A stretch of DNA of 64,000 bases from Octopus sinensis. Its lineage: Eukaryota. How positions within the stretch are numbered: position 1 is the stretch's first letter; every line of letters starts with the position of its first letter. Position numbers and translations under genes: made by a program. Under the pieces are notes generated by a model that was not told where the DNA came from, did not search any database, and saw only the letters and a list, made by a program, of their open reading frames with translations. Location: positions 17,298,001-17,362,000 of the forward strand of contig NC_043008.1 in assembly GCF_006345805.1 (NCBI RefSeq), in the 5' to 3' direction. Positions 26,791 to 40,585 of the stretch are shown here, piece after piece.

Positions 26791-27003
26791 TATTAATACA
26801 AACACTCATATATATGCAGGGACACCTACCAACATATACACAGATAACTTACATATATCTGTAGATGAGTGTGTGTGTGCTTGTATATGACCGTTTTTCT
26901 TTATTGGGTTTACGTTTGCATTAGTTTGATCGATTGTTTTTTTTTTAATTAAGAAAAGTAGATTTTTATAAAATCCATATTTACGCTATATATAAATATA
27001 CAT

Positions 27004-27048
<45 letters not shown>

Positions 27049-27989
27049 AATCTTCCATAATTGTTTTCACTGACAATTTCACATTTTGTTTTCAAATTAT
27101 CGTATATAACATGCAACGATAGAATTCTCTAAGGAACATTTACCTTCACGTACGACCTATAGTATGCAAACTACATCACGAATTCATATACAATAATACG
27201 AAGCAAAATATAATCAGCTTAACAAAATCAGGCCTATACTTTTATGCATATATACATTAAACATATTCATCTTTCTGTATCTTTTCTTCTACCTGTCTTG
27301 CTTTTTGTTTCTTGAATTAAAATTAAATGCACCTGAATGAAACGATGCGTTCTTTTCTTCAATCCGTCACTAAAAGCAAATTGAAAAACATCCAAGAATG
27401 ACATATATGTAGTTTTTTCGAAAATTTTCTTTCGGGAAGGATTTTAAAATATGTGTTATCCTAATTGATTTATTTCCTAAGAGTATTTTTATCTCGTTTC
27501 TATATTTACCCCCCATCCACCCATCCCAGCTGAGTTTAATTATTTTATATCATGCAATTTTATAACTAATCATTTATACAATAATTTAATCAAGTAATAA
27601 GATACTTTATTCCTTTGAAAGACAGATTAAAGCAAATGTCATTTTTCTTTACCTATGTCTATATTGTCTATCTTGGAATATAAAATTGCATTTTGTATTT
27701 ATGCAATTATCTTTTGATATTTAAAAATGTTGATTGAATATCTTCCATAACTTCTGACGAAAAGTTATTGATGTATTGTTATCAATAATTACTCGTGTGC
27801 AAGCATGGATTTTTTTAATTAGCATTTTTTTTTTATTTCCTGTTTTCCCTATTATAATTGAAGACAGCACAGTCAGCGAACTGTGAAGTCTTGAATAAAA
27901 ATAAATGGAGAACAGGACTTTTCTTTTACTTAAAAAAAAGCGAATCAAGAAAAAGAAGAGGGAGAAAATAAAATACATAAAGACTACAC

Positions 27990-28340
27990 ACAACTACACA
28001 TTCCCTCATCGTGAGTTATTGGGCCTTCCAACGAGACAGAATACTATACTAAGCCTTTATAAATCCCCTTTAGTAAAAAAAAGTTCATCAAGATCACAAT
28101 CTTTCAACACATGCTCCTTGGAAGAATGCAATCTTTCGTAAAATGATGTTGTTTCAAGAACAGTATCCTTTGTATTTTCTACAGTAGATCCATTGTCTAG
28201 CTCTAACTGAGCCATGGCTTAGCTTACAAAATACATATTTTTAACTTGAAAACATAACGGCTATCCATCTCCCTTTCATCTGACTACTTGGCCCTTGAGC
28301 GAATTATAATGCCCTCCATAAGCATAGCTGATTCTTCTCT
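27990..28340 (-). mobile_element. Old Tx1/L1-clade ORF2 remnant
   Basis: EGIIIRSRAK*SDERE..SRYVFKL, TSFYERLHS and LEGPITHDE resemble the Tx1 EN-RT linker motifs. Confidence 0.6.
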
Positions 28341-28769
28341 CACATAGCGTTGACCACCATACCAAATTGGTGTAGTGAGTAGTTATAATTTAACTTGTAC
28401 GTAATCCCCAACTCGGATGGGTAGACTGGTTATCTGATAATTCTAATATACTTGGTCCCAACCCTGCATTCATCATACACATGGTCTTCACACTTTACCA
28501 TTTAGCTTCCATCTTGCCTATCATATATAACAACAGGACATTCTTCTTTATATATATATCTCCCTCTAACTCTAGAAATTTAAGTATCTATCCATTGCCA
28601 TGACTATTAGTTTCTATCTTTCCTCATATTATTACGTCCTGTTCTCTGCTTCTCTTCCTCTATATTTTTGTATATACATCGCAATATTAGTAGACGAAGT
28701 CTCTCTGATAAGGATCTATCTCATTCTCTCTCCAGTGATGGAATAAATCACGCATAAGGACGCAGGGAA

Positions 28770-28975
28770 TAGTATGTAGGGTCCTGTAGTGGCGATTGCA
28801 AGATCTTGGTTACTCTTCCTGAACCAAGTGGTGTGTTGTATTCTTAAGGAAAACACTTCATCTCACGTCGTTGCCCAGTTATCATTTCAACAATGGCCGT
28901 GTGACACATCGTGCATCTTATAAGGGCCACGTCGATATCATGAAGCGAGTGAGACAATGTACAGTACAAACATTC
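28770..28975 (+). mobile_element. Highly diverged SINE remnant
   Basis: GTGTTGTATTCTTAAGGAAAACACTTCATCTCACG resembles the CORE-like segment of the 6704 and 30875 SINEs. Confidence 0.45.
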
Positions 28976-29497
28976 CAAATATAAGAAAATAAGCCGGGAT
29001 TAACTTACATTTATCCAGAAGTATTTTATTATTAAATGAATAAGTAAATAAATGAATAAATAAATTCAAAATTCCTTAAATTTGGTGTTGCCTTTGTGAT
29101 TTTTCAGAAAAAAACGGTCATCAGAGTTGTTGATAATCTACTGTCGCTATATGTTGAAATATGCATGAGAGAAGTCCTATTTTAGTATGCTAATTCGATT
29201 TCAACTAAATGATATTTAAATATATCTACATAATGAATTTGAGGTATTATATTTTTGGGTTGAATTTTCATAAATTTTTTTATATAATTATATTTCTATT
29301 TTATTTACATCTCGGTTTTTATAGTAAGTGAAAATTTAAAACATTTATTTTCAATTTTCTAGTTTCAGATCACTTTTGTAGAATCATTCAAAATGAATAG
29401 ATTACAATTGCTTGTGGCGCTATGTGACTTCCCCATTTCATTTCGGTAGCTTCCGGCTTTACTCTAGGAATTTTATTCTGAGTTGAATACAGACTCC

Positions 29498-29537
<40 letters not shown>

Positions 29538-29561
29538 TCTTTGTCCCTCTCTCTTTCACTC

Positions 29562-29605
<44 letters not shown>

Positions 29606-30067
29606 TCACACAATCCTCACACTCACGCAGATGCTCTCACACGCACATCCATGCACACTTACACATGTATATATAGACATATGTTTTCTTTTTCGATTCT
29701 TAGTTTAGTGTTAATTTTCACCGGCTTCCTGATTAGTAGCAAGACTGAGATAGAAAGCTTCTTATTTTGTTCATTAGTCTTTAAATATTAAGAAGGTATT
29801 GCGAATTTTTTTATTGTCCCAGATATCTTTATCATTTGTACCGTATACATTAAGAAGTCCTCCCAAAACCCATCTTCAGCCATACTAATCTCTTAGTGGA
29901 CTTTTACACGACCTGTTACTCTCATAATAAAATGTATGAAGCTGAAGATTTACTTCGGTGAGATGATTTTCAAACTCCTCATTGGTGACCATACACCTTC
30001 TAATTCCCCTGTAGTTTTCTAATCATATTGATATCCATATAACAACTGATTTCCACAACAAATCATA

Positions 30068-30589
30068 CCGTAAATCCTCGAGTATAATCCGCATTTTCCC
30101 AAAAATTAAAGGTCAAAATCCCTAGTGCGTACTATATACGAGGTTAAAAATGAAAAAAATATTTTCTAAGCAATATCCGAGTCTCTATTTGCTGTCTGGC
30201 AATGTTTATTCAGACGCATTTTGTGTTGTCGGGTGCGAAAATACCTTAAGCTAAGTCCGAAAGCAATGCAGTCATAAAAGAATCATCCATAACTTGCCGT
30301 AAGCAACACTTAGTAAAATAAACGTATTCCGAAACACAGAATAACATATAACAAAAACAATTTGCACACATATTTACATTCCCATATAAGAGTTAAGAAC
30401 ATCACCATTATTGTATTACGCATGCGTGGAAGTGTTTGTTCGACTAGGTGCTGCTGGCTTAATTACTCACGACTCAAGCTAGAGAAGGGGTGCGTATTAT
30501 ACAAAAAGTTTAGGTTTTTCAGAGGTACAGCCCTCTAAAAATCCCCTGCGCATTATACTCAAGGGCGGACTATACTCGAGGATTTACGG
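30068..30589. mobile_element. MITE (pogo/Tc2-like CCGTA ends), TA TSD
   Basis: TIR CCGTAAATCCTCGAGTATAATCCGC / GCGGACTATACTCGAGGATTTACGG; subterminal TGCG(T/C)A(C/T)TATA repeats. Confidence 0.9.
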
Positions 30590-30874
30590 TAGTTTGTTCT
30601 TGCCCCAATCGACCAGATACTCAACAGTATCGGTCGGTTGTATTTTATATCTGTGACTGTTTAATTTTAAAGTTCTTCCGATATTCTTTTGACCTACCAG
30701 TCTCATTGGAATCAACTTTACTGGGATTTTATTCTTATATAGTTCCAGCTTATTCTGGCCCTTGAATTATTCCTCATAGGAAGATAATGTCTAAAAAGCA
30801 CTCTCCCGCATTTGGAAATTATGAGGAAGATGTCTTCAGTTTTACTTATTTAAAGCCTACATTAGTTGTCCGTC

Positions 30875-31122
30875 GTGGAGGTGCGTGGCTTAATGGTTAG
30901 GGTGTCAGCATCATGATCGTAAGACCGTGATTTCGATTCCTGGACCGGGCGACGCGTTGTGTTCTTGGAGAAAACGCTTCATTTCACGTTACTCCAGTCC
31001 ACTCAGCTGGTATGAATGCAATGGACTGGCATCCCGTCCAGCTGGGGAACACATGCGCCATTGAAACCGAGAAACAGGACCCATGAGCCTGGTTAGGCTT
31101 TAAAAGGGCGTAGTTATTTATT
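30875..31122 (+). mobile_element. tRNA-derived SINE with CORE-like and V-like segments; 14-bp TSD
   Basis: A/B boxes, GCAATGGACTGGCATCCCGTCCAG; TSD ATTAG(T/A)TGTCCGTC at 30861-30874 and 31123-31136. Confidence 0.88.
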
Positions 31123-31152
31123 ATTAGATGTCCGTCAATATTTATCTTTTAT

Positions 31153-31305
31153 AAAGCGGCGATCGGGCAGGATCGTTAACATGCTGGGCTAAATGCTTAG
31201 CGGCATTTCGTCCATATTTGCGTTCTGAGCTCATATTCCACTAATATCGACCGTGTCTTCCATCCATTTGGTGGCGTTAAATGATCACCAGTAGATCATT
31301 GGTGA
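31153..31305 (+). mobile_element. Diverged Nin-domain SINE
   Basis: GCGGCGATCGGGCAGGATCGTTAAC...GTTCTGAGCTCATATTCC...TTCCATCCATTTG. Confidence 0.6.
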
Positions 31306-31849
31306 TGGGTTTTTTTTTCTTTAACAATGATGGCGCAATCCTAAGTTATATTTTGAAGTGGAATAATTGAAATTTGATTCATTAAGTGAAAAAGTTAGCT
31401 GAAAATAAGTGAGGTCAAAAATGGGAAAGTAAATCGAAAAATTGAATTTGTATAAAAAATATGTCTTTCTTTTTTTTTTAAAGAAAAATATAGATTAATT
31501 GGGGTTTTTTTAAAGAAAAGTATAGATTAATTGGGTTTAATAGAATAAAAGATAAAAGGTGAAAAAAAGAAGAGAAAACTATACTTAGTAGTCTTTCGTT
31601 CAGTAGCATCAACAAAAAGAAACGTGTACTTAATTCTGACCTCAGTAAACCTCGTAGCTGTCCATCCCTTCATTACTGAATCATCACACTCTCTCCATTT
31701 TTCAATTAACGCATCCACTTTAATCACAACTGAACCTATATAGGTCACAAAGAAAACTCTGCTGTTGTTGTTGTTGTTGTTGTTTCAATCGCCATCTTCA
31801 TCATCTCTTGCTGTTTTTTGCCTTCACATTTACTTTCTCCAACACCGAG

Positions 31850-33135
31850 GACAAATCTCTTCCTCCCTCTTCTTGACTAATTTCAATCCAATGATACGTC
31901 TGTTAACACCACAGCTTCTACAGAAGCAATACTTCATACATGCTGACATACTTCGACAGTAATGAAGAAGTAAACCATCAGCGTATCCTCCCTGACCTAA
32001 ATTTCACTATCGCGGACATCATTGCGGTAATTAACATAATTAAACTCAATTTACCAGTAGGACCTGACAAATTAACTCGATAGTCATACGAAGGAGTACC
32101 GATATCAACTTCAATGTATTTCTTCTAGCTAATCTCCAGAGGTCACATTTGATATCTGAACATTTTCTGTCCCAGTCTGTCATCCCAGATTTTAAACAGG
32201 GAATTGAGTCGCCCAAATGAATTACCGTAGGTCTTAATAAGTTTGTGATTCTCAACCACATTTTACCTATGCACTCTTTTGATTCTTATTTTATTTGGGG
32301 CCTAAAATTTCATATTAATCTTCAATGTCTAAAATCTATTATATTTTTAAGCTTAAATGTTATGAGAAATTGTATAGAAAATGTTTGAATGTTTTGTGTA
32401 TCGTAGAAATATAAATATTTTACTTCACATAAATTTCAACAAAATTACATATGATCCATTAAGTTCACCGGTTGAGAAACAATGTAGTAACCTCTCATAT
32501 TGTTATACTATTCGATAAGGTCTGAGTTAAAAAAAGAAATAACTGCTTTCCTGGAGAGAGATCATTTCCTAGATATCCACCACCTTGGATTTCATGGGAG
32601 CACAGACTTAACTATCTAAATGCTCTGCAAAAAAGGCTTCAACACAAATATCATCTGTTTCACTAAAGCATTCAAAACAGTCAATCACAGCTACTGCTGA
32701 AGAAACTATCCAACAATGAAGTTTACTGCAACAGATTAAATGTTTTCTGATAAACAGAACCAAAATTCTGTTGTGTCTGGGGAGAGTCATTTTCTTTATG
32801 TGCCTTATAATGTAACACACTCGCCGGTAAAATTTCCACATATTTTTATTTTCCTAAAATTTTCGTTGCGTCTTGAAACCTTTTCAATAGTCAAGAATAT
32901 TATAAGGCACAAAAAGAAAATGACTCTCCCCGGACACAAGAGAATATGCTTCAGCACATATAACTCATATAAAGAATCTTGCATGCCAAATCCAAAAGCG
33001 AAATGAACCAAAATCATTGCAACCAACAGAATTTTCTCATAACAAGCAAGTCATGAGAAATGATCCCCACCAGATTGTGCAGATCACTTTTGTTTATTAT
33101 TTGCATAAAGGACATTGATGCATTGTTGCCGCATA
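31850..33135 (+). mobile_element. Old CR1/L2-type LINE RT remnant, interrupted
   Basis: Degenerate motifs VGPDK, VIPDFKQG..NYR, FTKAFKTVNH, CFLINRT, LLFIICIKDI in the expected order. Confidence 0.65.
32767..33004. mobile_element. Foldback/MITE-family element with a 41-bp internal inverted repeat
   Basis: IR 32771-32811 / 32899-32939; flanked by GAACCAAAAT at 32757-32766 and 33005-33014. Confidence 0.7.
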
Positions 33136-33139
33136 ACAC

Positions 33140-33960
33140 TTCTGCCATACTGGCCCATCGAACGGCTGTCGTTTCCTCATGCTTTAAGGTATACGCCATA
33201 ACTCTTACATCGCAAATTTCGTGGTGGGTGTTGAAGAATTGGTCAAGGACCAGTCTTGCTACCAGAACGTCAGTCACATTTCCTTTTCAATGTGTCTCTT
33301 GTAGGTGACAAACTCTCCTCTACTCTGAAACACACGATCATAATTTTCTATCTAAACCTAATTAATTCTAATCTCATAGTCCTATACGGGGTTAACCAGA
33401 ATCGGTTCTTTACGATGTGAATGGAGGAATATTTTCAGGTGTGCCCCAGTATGTGTGCTTAAAAACAGATGAATAGTGAGTAAGAAAGAAGTGTGATGGA
33501 TTATACTCGTGGTGGCGTGTTTTAATTCTGTTGTTTTGAGTGCCGTTTTAATCTTACAGATCTTTTTCGTTTTGCTGTTAGTGTTGTTGCTGCTACTGAT
33601 GTTCGTATCCCATTCGCTGTTGTTACTTCCGATCGTACTTCTAACCATTATTGTTGCTGTTGGAGCTGCAACATCAGCCGCAGTTGGTGCAGTGAGGAGG
33701 CTCATTTTTACTGTTTTTTGTTGAGGGCAGAAATCTTTGTAGTGGCACTTCCGTACCGCAAAATGGTATCTTGTCCCTTTACCTGAACCGCAACACGCTG
33801 ACCTATTTTCCAGTGCAGGGATCAGATCTGGGGGTAAATACCCGCAGTCATTTCAGATAAAATCTCTTTTCCTTTCGAATTGCTCCTAGGAGTGTATCTC
33901 TTCCTTTGAACTTAACTCAAGCAAACAACCAATAGACATCCAATTGAGTTGGAACTCTAT
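33140..33960 (-). mobile_element. Degenerate LINE 5' region (ORF1 zinc knuckle and AP-endonuclease start)
   Basis: Frameshifted HFCG...HYKDFCPQ knuckle near 33725-33770; LQETH motif near 33290-33304. Confidence 0.45.
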
Positions 33961-34293
33961 TTAACGTGAAAAGAACTTGGAGAGAGAGAGAGAGAGAGAG
34001 AGAGAACACCGTCACATATGAATTGTTCAGAGTGCGGTTTTGTTCTAAAAGTGCATCTACATGTTTCTTTGAACAGTCTTGCACATGCAAGATGTTTTAC
34101 ATATGTGCAGAATTCTTTCATGGATCGTACAACCTAAGCGTGTGTCGCTGCATCGGGGCATCGGATTTAAGCCGGTACACAGCAATAACTTACCGTCTTC
34201 TGTGCGGTTGATGCCAAACTCACGGTTGGAGTAGTGCTTTGTTCATTCCTCTCGTTCATTTCATCGCTATCGTTGCTGTTACTCCTGCTACTG

Positions 34294-34348
34294 TCTTCTT
34301 CTTCTTCTTCTTCTTCTTCTTCTTCTTCTTCTTCTTCTTCTTCTTCTT
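34294..34348. repeat. (CTT)n microsatellite
   Basis: Direct inspection. Confidence 0.95.
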
Positions 34349-34639
34349 CCAGTCAGGACTCACGCCATTAGCCACAAAGAATAATCTCTAATTCGAGCCT
34401 ACTCTAAGCTACTAAGAATGCGTGTGGTAACTTGAAGATCCACCTACCACATGCGACAGACTGGCGGTTGCACGGGCGCGAAAGCTACGTTGTTATCCTC
34501 ATTCCGTAAACGGTGCCTTTTAACAGGTGGAGAGCTGAACCATCCTGGGGTAGAGAGGATTCACAATCTAGACTAGGGTCTGAAAGTTTCCCACACCATA
34601 GTGGGTTACACCATGGTTCCTCTGCTTTGTGGCAGAAGT

Positions 34640-34828
34640 AGAAAGAAAGAGTGAGAGAAAGTTGTGGTGAAAGATTACAGCGGGGTTCACTACTGACTCC
34701 CGCCTGAGCTCGTGGAGCTTAGGTGTTTTTGCTCAATAAACACTCACATTGCCCGGTCTAGAAATCGAAACTGCGTTCTAACGACCGCTAGTCCGCGGCC
34801 CTAACCACTGGGCCATTGCGCATCCACT
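34640..34828 (-). mobile_element. GTGGAGG-head tRNA SINE, partial
   Basis: Matches 24-212 and 54110-54293. Confidence 0.8.
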
Positions 34829-35479
34829 CCTGCTGCTGTTGGTTTTGCTGCTGTAACTTGTCATTGCTGCAGATGCAATCGCTGCTGTTGTTGTTTAATT
34901 CTTGATACTTTGTTCTTGTTGTTGCATCTACCATTGTTCCTAAAACGTTGTATTGACCGTTGTTGTTGTTGTTGTTGTTCTTGCTGTTGCTGTTCTTGTG
35001 CCCGCTAGTAATATTACGAGGCGAATTTCCAGCTATATTCTCACATATTCTCTTGGTGGGCGTATTTGTCGCGATATTTCAAAATAGCGGCAAGAAAGAA
35101 CGAAATGAAATAATATTTCGAAAAATGTGCTCTTTAGTGTCAAATTTGGCAGCCCCCACTTTTCACCAAGAGAGGTAAAGCCCATTATATGAATCTCAGC
35201 ACCATTTTTCAACAGCAAACAAATTATTTCAGCCCAATTCAACAAATATCTGGGAGTCGACGTAGCATAGACGATATTAATGACGATGATAATGATGATG
35301 ATGAAGATGATGATGATGATGACGACGACAACGACGACGATAATACAATCACTACCTCCAGGAATAACATCAAAAACAATAATAATAATAACAATCATTT
35401 ATAATAATAGTAATAAAAAGAAGAAGAAGAAGAAGAATTAATAATGATAATAATAATAATAATAATAATAATATAATAA

Positions 35480-35520
<41 letters not shown>

Positions 35521-35521
<1 letters not shown>

Positions 35522-36778
35522 TCGATGATATAATGGAAAAGGAAATGAAAGAGCAACTAAGGATGGAACATTTTCGAAGACTGAGGTTGGTGTGCGCTCA
35601 AAATTAAAATCGTAGCAGTTTATACAATGGCGATAGCATCACTTCGGTATGGCGCGGGAATTATAAAATGGCAAAAAAGAAATGTGAAGAAAGTGGATAC
35701 TATGACCAGAAAATGTTGACTGCAATCGGAGCCTTCCTCCCGAAGAGTAAAATTGATAAGCTGTACTTGTCCACAAGAAAGGGTGTGAAAGGTTTAATCA
35801 GTTGCCAGGACTGTATCAAAGCAGAGTAAAATAGCCTAGGGTGGTATATAAAAAATGCCGTGAAGCCACTATTGAAACACATTACGAAGGCCAGAGTAAT
35901 TAACAATGAAAATTGTGTAACTAAAGAAAATTTCAAACAAGAAATGAACCAAACAAAAAAAGCATGGAAGGAAAAAAGAAAATGTACGGTGAGTTGGCAA
36001 GCGATGTGAACGCGAAGACAGATACAGAGCACCGGTGGCTATGGATGAGGAGGAGTGACCTGAAGATAGAGACAGAGCGCAGCTCTAGAACAAGCGTGAA
36101 GGACTAACTATATGAAGTGTAGAATAAACAACTCTACTGATAGCGGCTAATGCAGAATGTGTGGTGAGAGTGGTGAAATAGTATGGCACATCGTTAGGGA
36201 ATGCCTGAAATTGGCACAACGCTAACACAAAAGACGCCATGGCAATGTGGTAAGAATGATCCAATGGGAGCTATGTGGAAATCACGGCCTACAAAGAGCA
36301 AAGACGTTGTATGAGCGAACTCCACAAGGAGTCACCGAAAATGAGAATTGCACAATCTTGTGGGATGCAATGATCCTTTGCAATCTGCCAACCAGATATC
36401 GCAAACGGGACATTGTTGTGGCGAATAAAATAGACAGAACATTTATGATAATTAATATAGCATGTCCAAGTGACAACAGGCTGAATGTGAAAGAAAAAAA
36501 TAAACACTTGTGCCGATTTGAAGTGGGAAATACGAATTTTGAGGAGAGTAGACGTGACACCATTAGTAATTGTTGAACTTGGAAGTATCAGCACACATCT
36601 TCCAGCATAGCTGAAAGAGATTGGTTCAAGTGTGAATCAAAACAGCATTGCTTGGAACTGCAAGAATTCTTCATAAGGTTCTTGAAGCATGACCAGTAAA
36701 CAAGTTTCACCTTAGTCTGCTGCATGTGGACAGGTAAAACCTTTCTATCATACCCAGCAAAATAAGCTGTGAGGTTTC

Positions 36779-36780
<2 letters not shown>
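35521..36780 (+). mobile_element. 5'-truncated R4/Dong-type LINE inserted in (TAA)n
   Basis: LRYGAGIIKW...KIDKLYLSTRKGVKGL, CRMCGESGEIVWHIVREC, RRHGNVV, RDIVV...INIACP; (TAA)n on both sides. Confidence 0.9.
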
Positions 36781-36840
<60 letters not shown>

Positions 36841-36879
36841 TAATAATGATTATGATAATAATGATAATAATCATAATAT

Positions 36880-36955
<76 letters not shown>

Positions 36956-37566
36956 AGAAATAATGAACATTTAAATATTTCTTTCAAACAAACCCATAAA
37001 ATTCAGTATTCTTGGGGTAGAGCACACTGAATCGCTAATTTGATTTTACAGGAAAGTTTATGTTACCAGAATTTGAAACCGGACACATTAAGACAGGTTT
37101 AATAAATGTAAGCCACAGTTGCAATGAAAAAAATGAAATAGAACAGCAGGAAAACTGTGAAAACCTGACAGCAATGTACAATGAAGAAAGAGTAAAGTGT
37201 GTGATTTGGAAAAGGAAAAAAAATATATCTGTCTTCTGTTAGTTTCTATCCATTTATATGAATTATTATTATGTTTTTTTCGTGGAACTTTATGTTAAAT
37301 TTATTTAACCATTAATATAGTGGTTGAGAACACCTAATAACCGTGTGAGAAAACCACTCTTGACAGTTACAACGCTAGATACGCAACGAGTAAAATATTA
37401 TAATTTATGACTCAGTAATATTGTTTGTTAACGTGAAATTGACACTTCAAGCCCTTATTTTACCCTTTACATTATAATTCCCTTCTCTATCACTGCATTT
37501 AATTCTTCGCGCACTTTCACTCTGCATATCTCGGGCCTGTTTTTTTTTTCTTTCTTTCTTATAAGG

Positions 37567-37639
<73 letters not shown>

Positions 37640-37764
37640 CTAGGCTCCATTTACACATAAATATGTCCCTCTCTGTGTAGATTGCTACACATTTTTTTCT
37701 TATTCAGCTGTTTTGTTGCGTTCGTACTTTTCCATTCATGCTTTTATTGGATTGTTTCCAGTTA

Positions 37765-37779
37765 ATAGTAATGATGATG

Positions 37780-37811
<32 letters not shown>

Positions 37812-37898
37812 TAATAGTAATAATAATAATAATAAAATAATAATATAACAATTAATATAATAATAATAATAATAATGATAATAATAGTAATGATGATG

Positions 37899-37962
<64 letters not shown>

Positions 37963-38017
37963 TAATAATAGTAATGATGATGATAATAATAATAATATAA
38001 TATATAATAATAATAAC

Positions 38018-38085
<68 letters not shown>

Positions 38086-38117
38086 TGATAATAGTAATGA
38101 TGATGATAATAATAATA

Positions 38118-38166
<49 letters not shown>

Positions 38167-38171
38167 TAATG

Positions 38172-38211
<40 letters not shown>

Positions 38212-38243
38212 TAATAATAGTAATGATGATGATAATAATAATA

Positions 38244-38282
<39 letters not shown>

Positions 38283-38286
38283 TAAC

Positions 38287-38327
<41 letters not shown>

Positions 38328-38368
38328 TAATAATAGTAATGATGATGATAATAATATTAATAATAATG

Positions 38369-38404
<36 letters not shown>

Positions 38405-38509
38405 TAATAATAATAATGATAACAATAATAATAATGTAATAATAATTATAAGAATAATAAAATAATGATTAATAATAGTAATGATAATAATAATAATAAT
38501 AATAATAAG

Positions 38510-38544
<35 letters not shown>

Positions 38545-38631
38545 TAATAATAATAATGATAACAATAATAATAATATAATAATAATAATAATAATAATAT
38601 AATGATAACAATAATAATAATAATAATAATA

Positions 38632-38663
<32 letters not shown>

Positions 38664-38682
38664 TAATAATAATAATGATAAC

Positions 38683-38715
<33 letters not shown>

Positions 38716-38821
38716 TAATTCGATGATATAATGGAAAAGGAAATGAAAGAGCAACTAAGGATGGAACATTTTCGAAGACTGAGGTTGGTGTGCGCTCAAA
38801 ATTAAATCGTAGCAGTTTACA

Positions 38822-38873
<52 letters not shown>

Positions 38874-39050
38874 TAATAATAATGATAATAATAGTAATGA
38901 TGATGATAATAATAATAATAATAATGATATAATAATAATAATATAAACAATATAATAATAAATAAAAATAATAATAATAATAATAATAATGATAATAATA
39001 GTAATGATGAGATGATAATAATAATAATAATAATGATAATAATAATAATA

Positions 39051-39106
<56 letters not shown>

Positions 39107-39147
39107 TAATAATAGTAATGATAATAATAATAATAATAATAATAATA

Positions 39148-39193
<46 letters not shown>

Positions 39194-39229
39194 AATAGTA
39201 ATGATAATGATAATAATAATAATATAATG

Positions 39230-39279
<50 letters not shown>

Positions 39280-39295
39280 GTAATAATAATAAAAA
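37765..39295. repeat. Very long degenerate (AAT)n array with recurring GATAATAATAGTAATGATGAT units
   Basis: Direct inspection. Confidence 0.95.
38719..38820 (+). repeat. Near-identical copy of the first ~100 bp of the 35521 LINE
   Basis: TTCGATGATATAATGGAAAAGG...CGTAGCAGTTTA matches 35521-35622. Confidence 0.9.
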
Positions 39296-40372
39296 CGCTA
39301 TCATCATCGTCCTCATCATCATCATAAACATCGTCCTCATTATCACAATCATCGTCGTCATCATTATCATAATCATCGTCATCATCATTATTTATATTAT
39401 TACTGTTATTCTTTTTGTTACTTTTACTATAAGAATTACTATTATTATTATTGTTGTTGTTGTTGTTATTAGTATTATTATTATTATTTGACTGCAACTA
39501 CTATTACCACTACTACGACTACTACCATTACTACCACTATTCTAATACTACAACCTTGTAACATTTTATCTCCCTTCCCATTGATGATAATGATGATGAT
39601 GATGATCATCATCATCATCATCAACATTATTACCAGTATTATTACTATTATTATTATTATTTTTATTGTTATTATTGTTGTTGTTGTTGTTATTGTTGTT
39701 ATTGTTATTATTATTATCGTTATTAGTCGAAGTTTAATTTTTTTTCTTTTTTTTAAAATTTATGTATGTCGCTTTTATTTTCCCATATATGTATTTTTAT
39801 CGTTATTGAATTTCACATTCAAGAATTTTATTGGACTTTCCTTTCAGCAAATTTATTGAATATTTCGATGAAATTATACAACATTCCTACGGCAATGAAC
39901 ACATAGACGTTGATACCATAGAATAATGCATCATACTGCGCATAAAAAGATCTGTTTCGCTTTCTAACACCCATGTACGCAGATGCACACCGACTCAAAC
40001 ACACACACACACACACAGTGCTCATACACATACACGTCCATTGACTTATGGGCACATAGGCTTAGAATTACATAAACACACATACGTACACAGATAGTGT
40101 ATACACACATATTTATATACGTTGTCATAGATCTAATTTCATTTATTCGAGTTTTTTTTAAATATTTATTTATGTAGCATTTTGAGATGAATACCTCGTC
40201 TTTGGATGATGTAAGATGTACTATGCAAAGCATATGAGTAGCTAGTATTGATCCCACTTGCTCACTCCTCCCCTTTACAATCTCCTCGATGTCCCACTGT
40301 CTAACTGCATATCTCTACTTACACACACACACACACGCATACACACCACACACACCACACACACACATACAC

Positions 40373-40406
<34 letters not shown>

Positions 40407-40475
40407 ATTATATATATATATTAAAAGAGTTAGTCACACACTAATTATCCATCGTTGATTAGCTAAAGCATTACT

Positions 40476-40580
40476 ATACCTCTACGGCGGTACACATACT
40501 AAATTTGGAACGATACAGAGAAGAGTAGCATGGCCCCTGCGCAAGGATGACTCGCAAATTCGTGAAGCGTTCCATGTTTT
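40476..40580 (+). ncRNA. U6: U6 spliceosomal snRNA copy (probable retro-pseudogene)
   Basis: TACTAAATTTGGAACGATACAGAGAAGAGTAGCATGGCCCCTGCGCAAGGATGACTCGCAAATTCGTGAAGCGTTCCATGTTTT; ACAGAGA box and AGC triad present; several substitutions; no clear upstream TATA box. Confidence 0.93.
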
Positions 40581-40585
40581 CTTTA

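Noticed and set aside
37704-39497. Long ORFs of 226-343 aa (poly-I/L/Y/N)
   Set aside because: Translations of (AAT)n/(TTA)n arrays, not genes.
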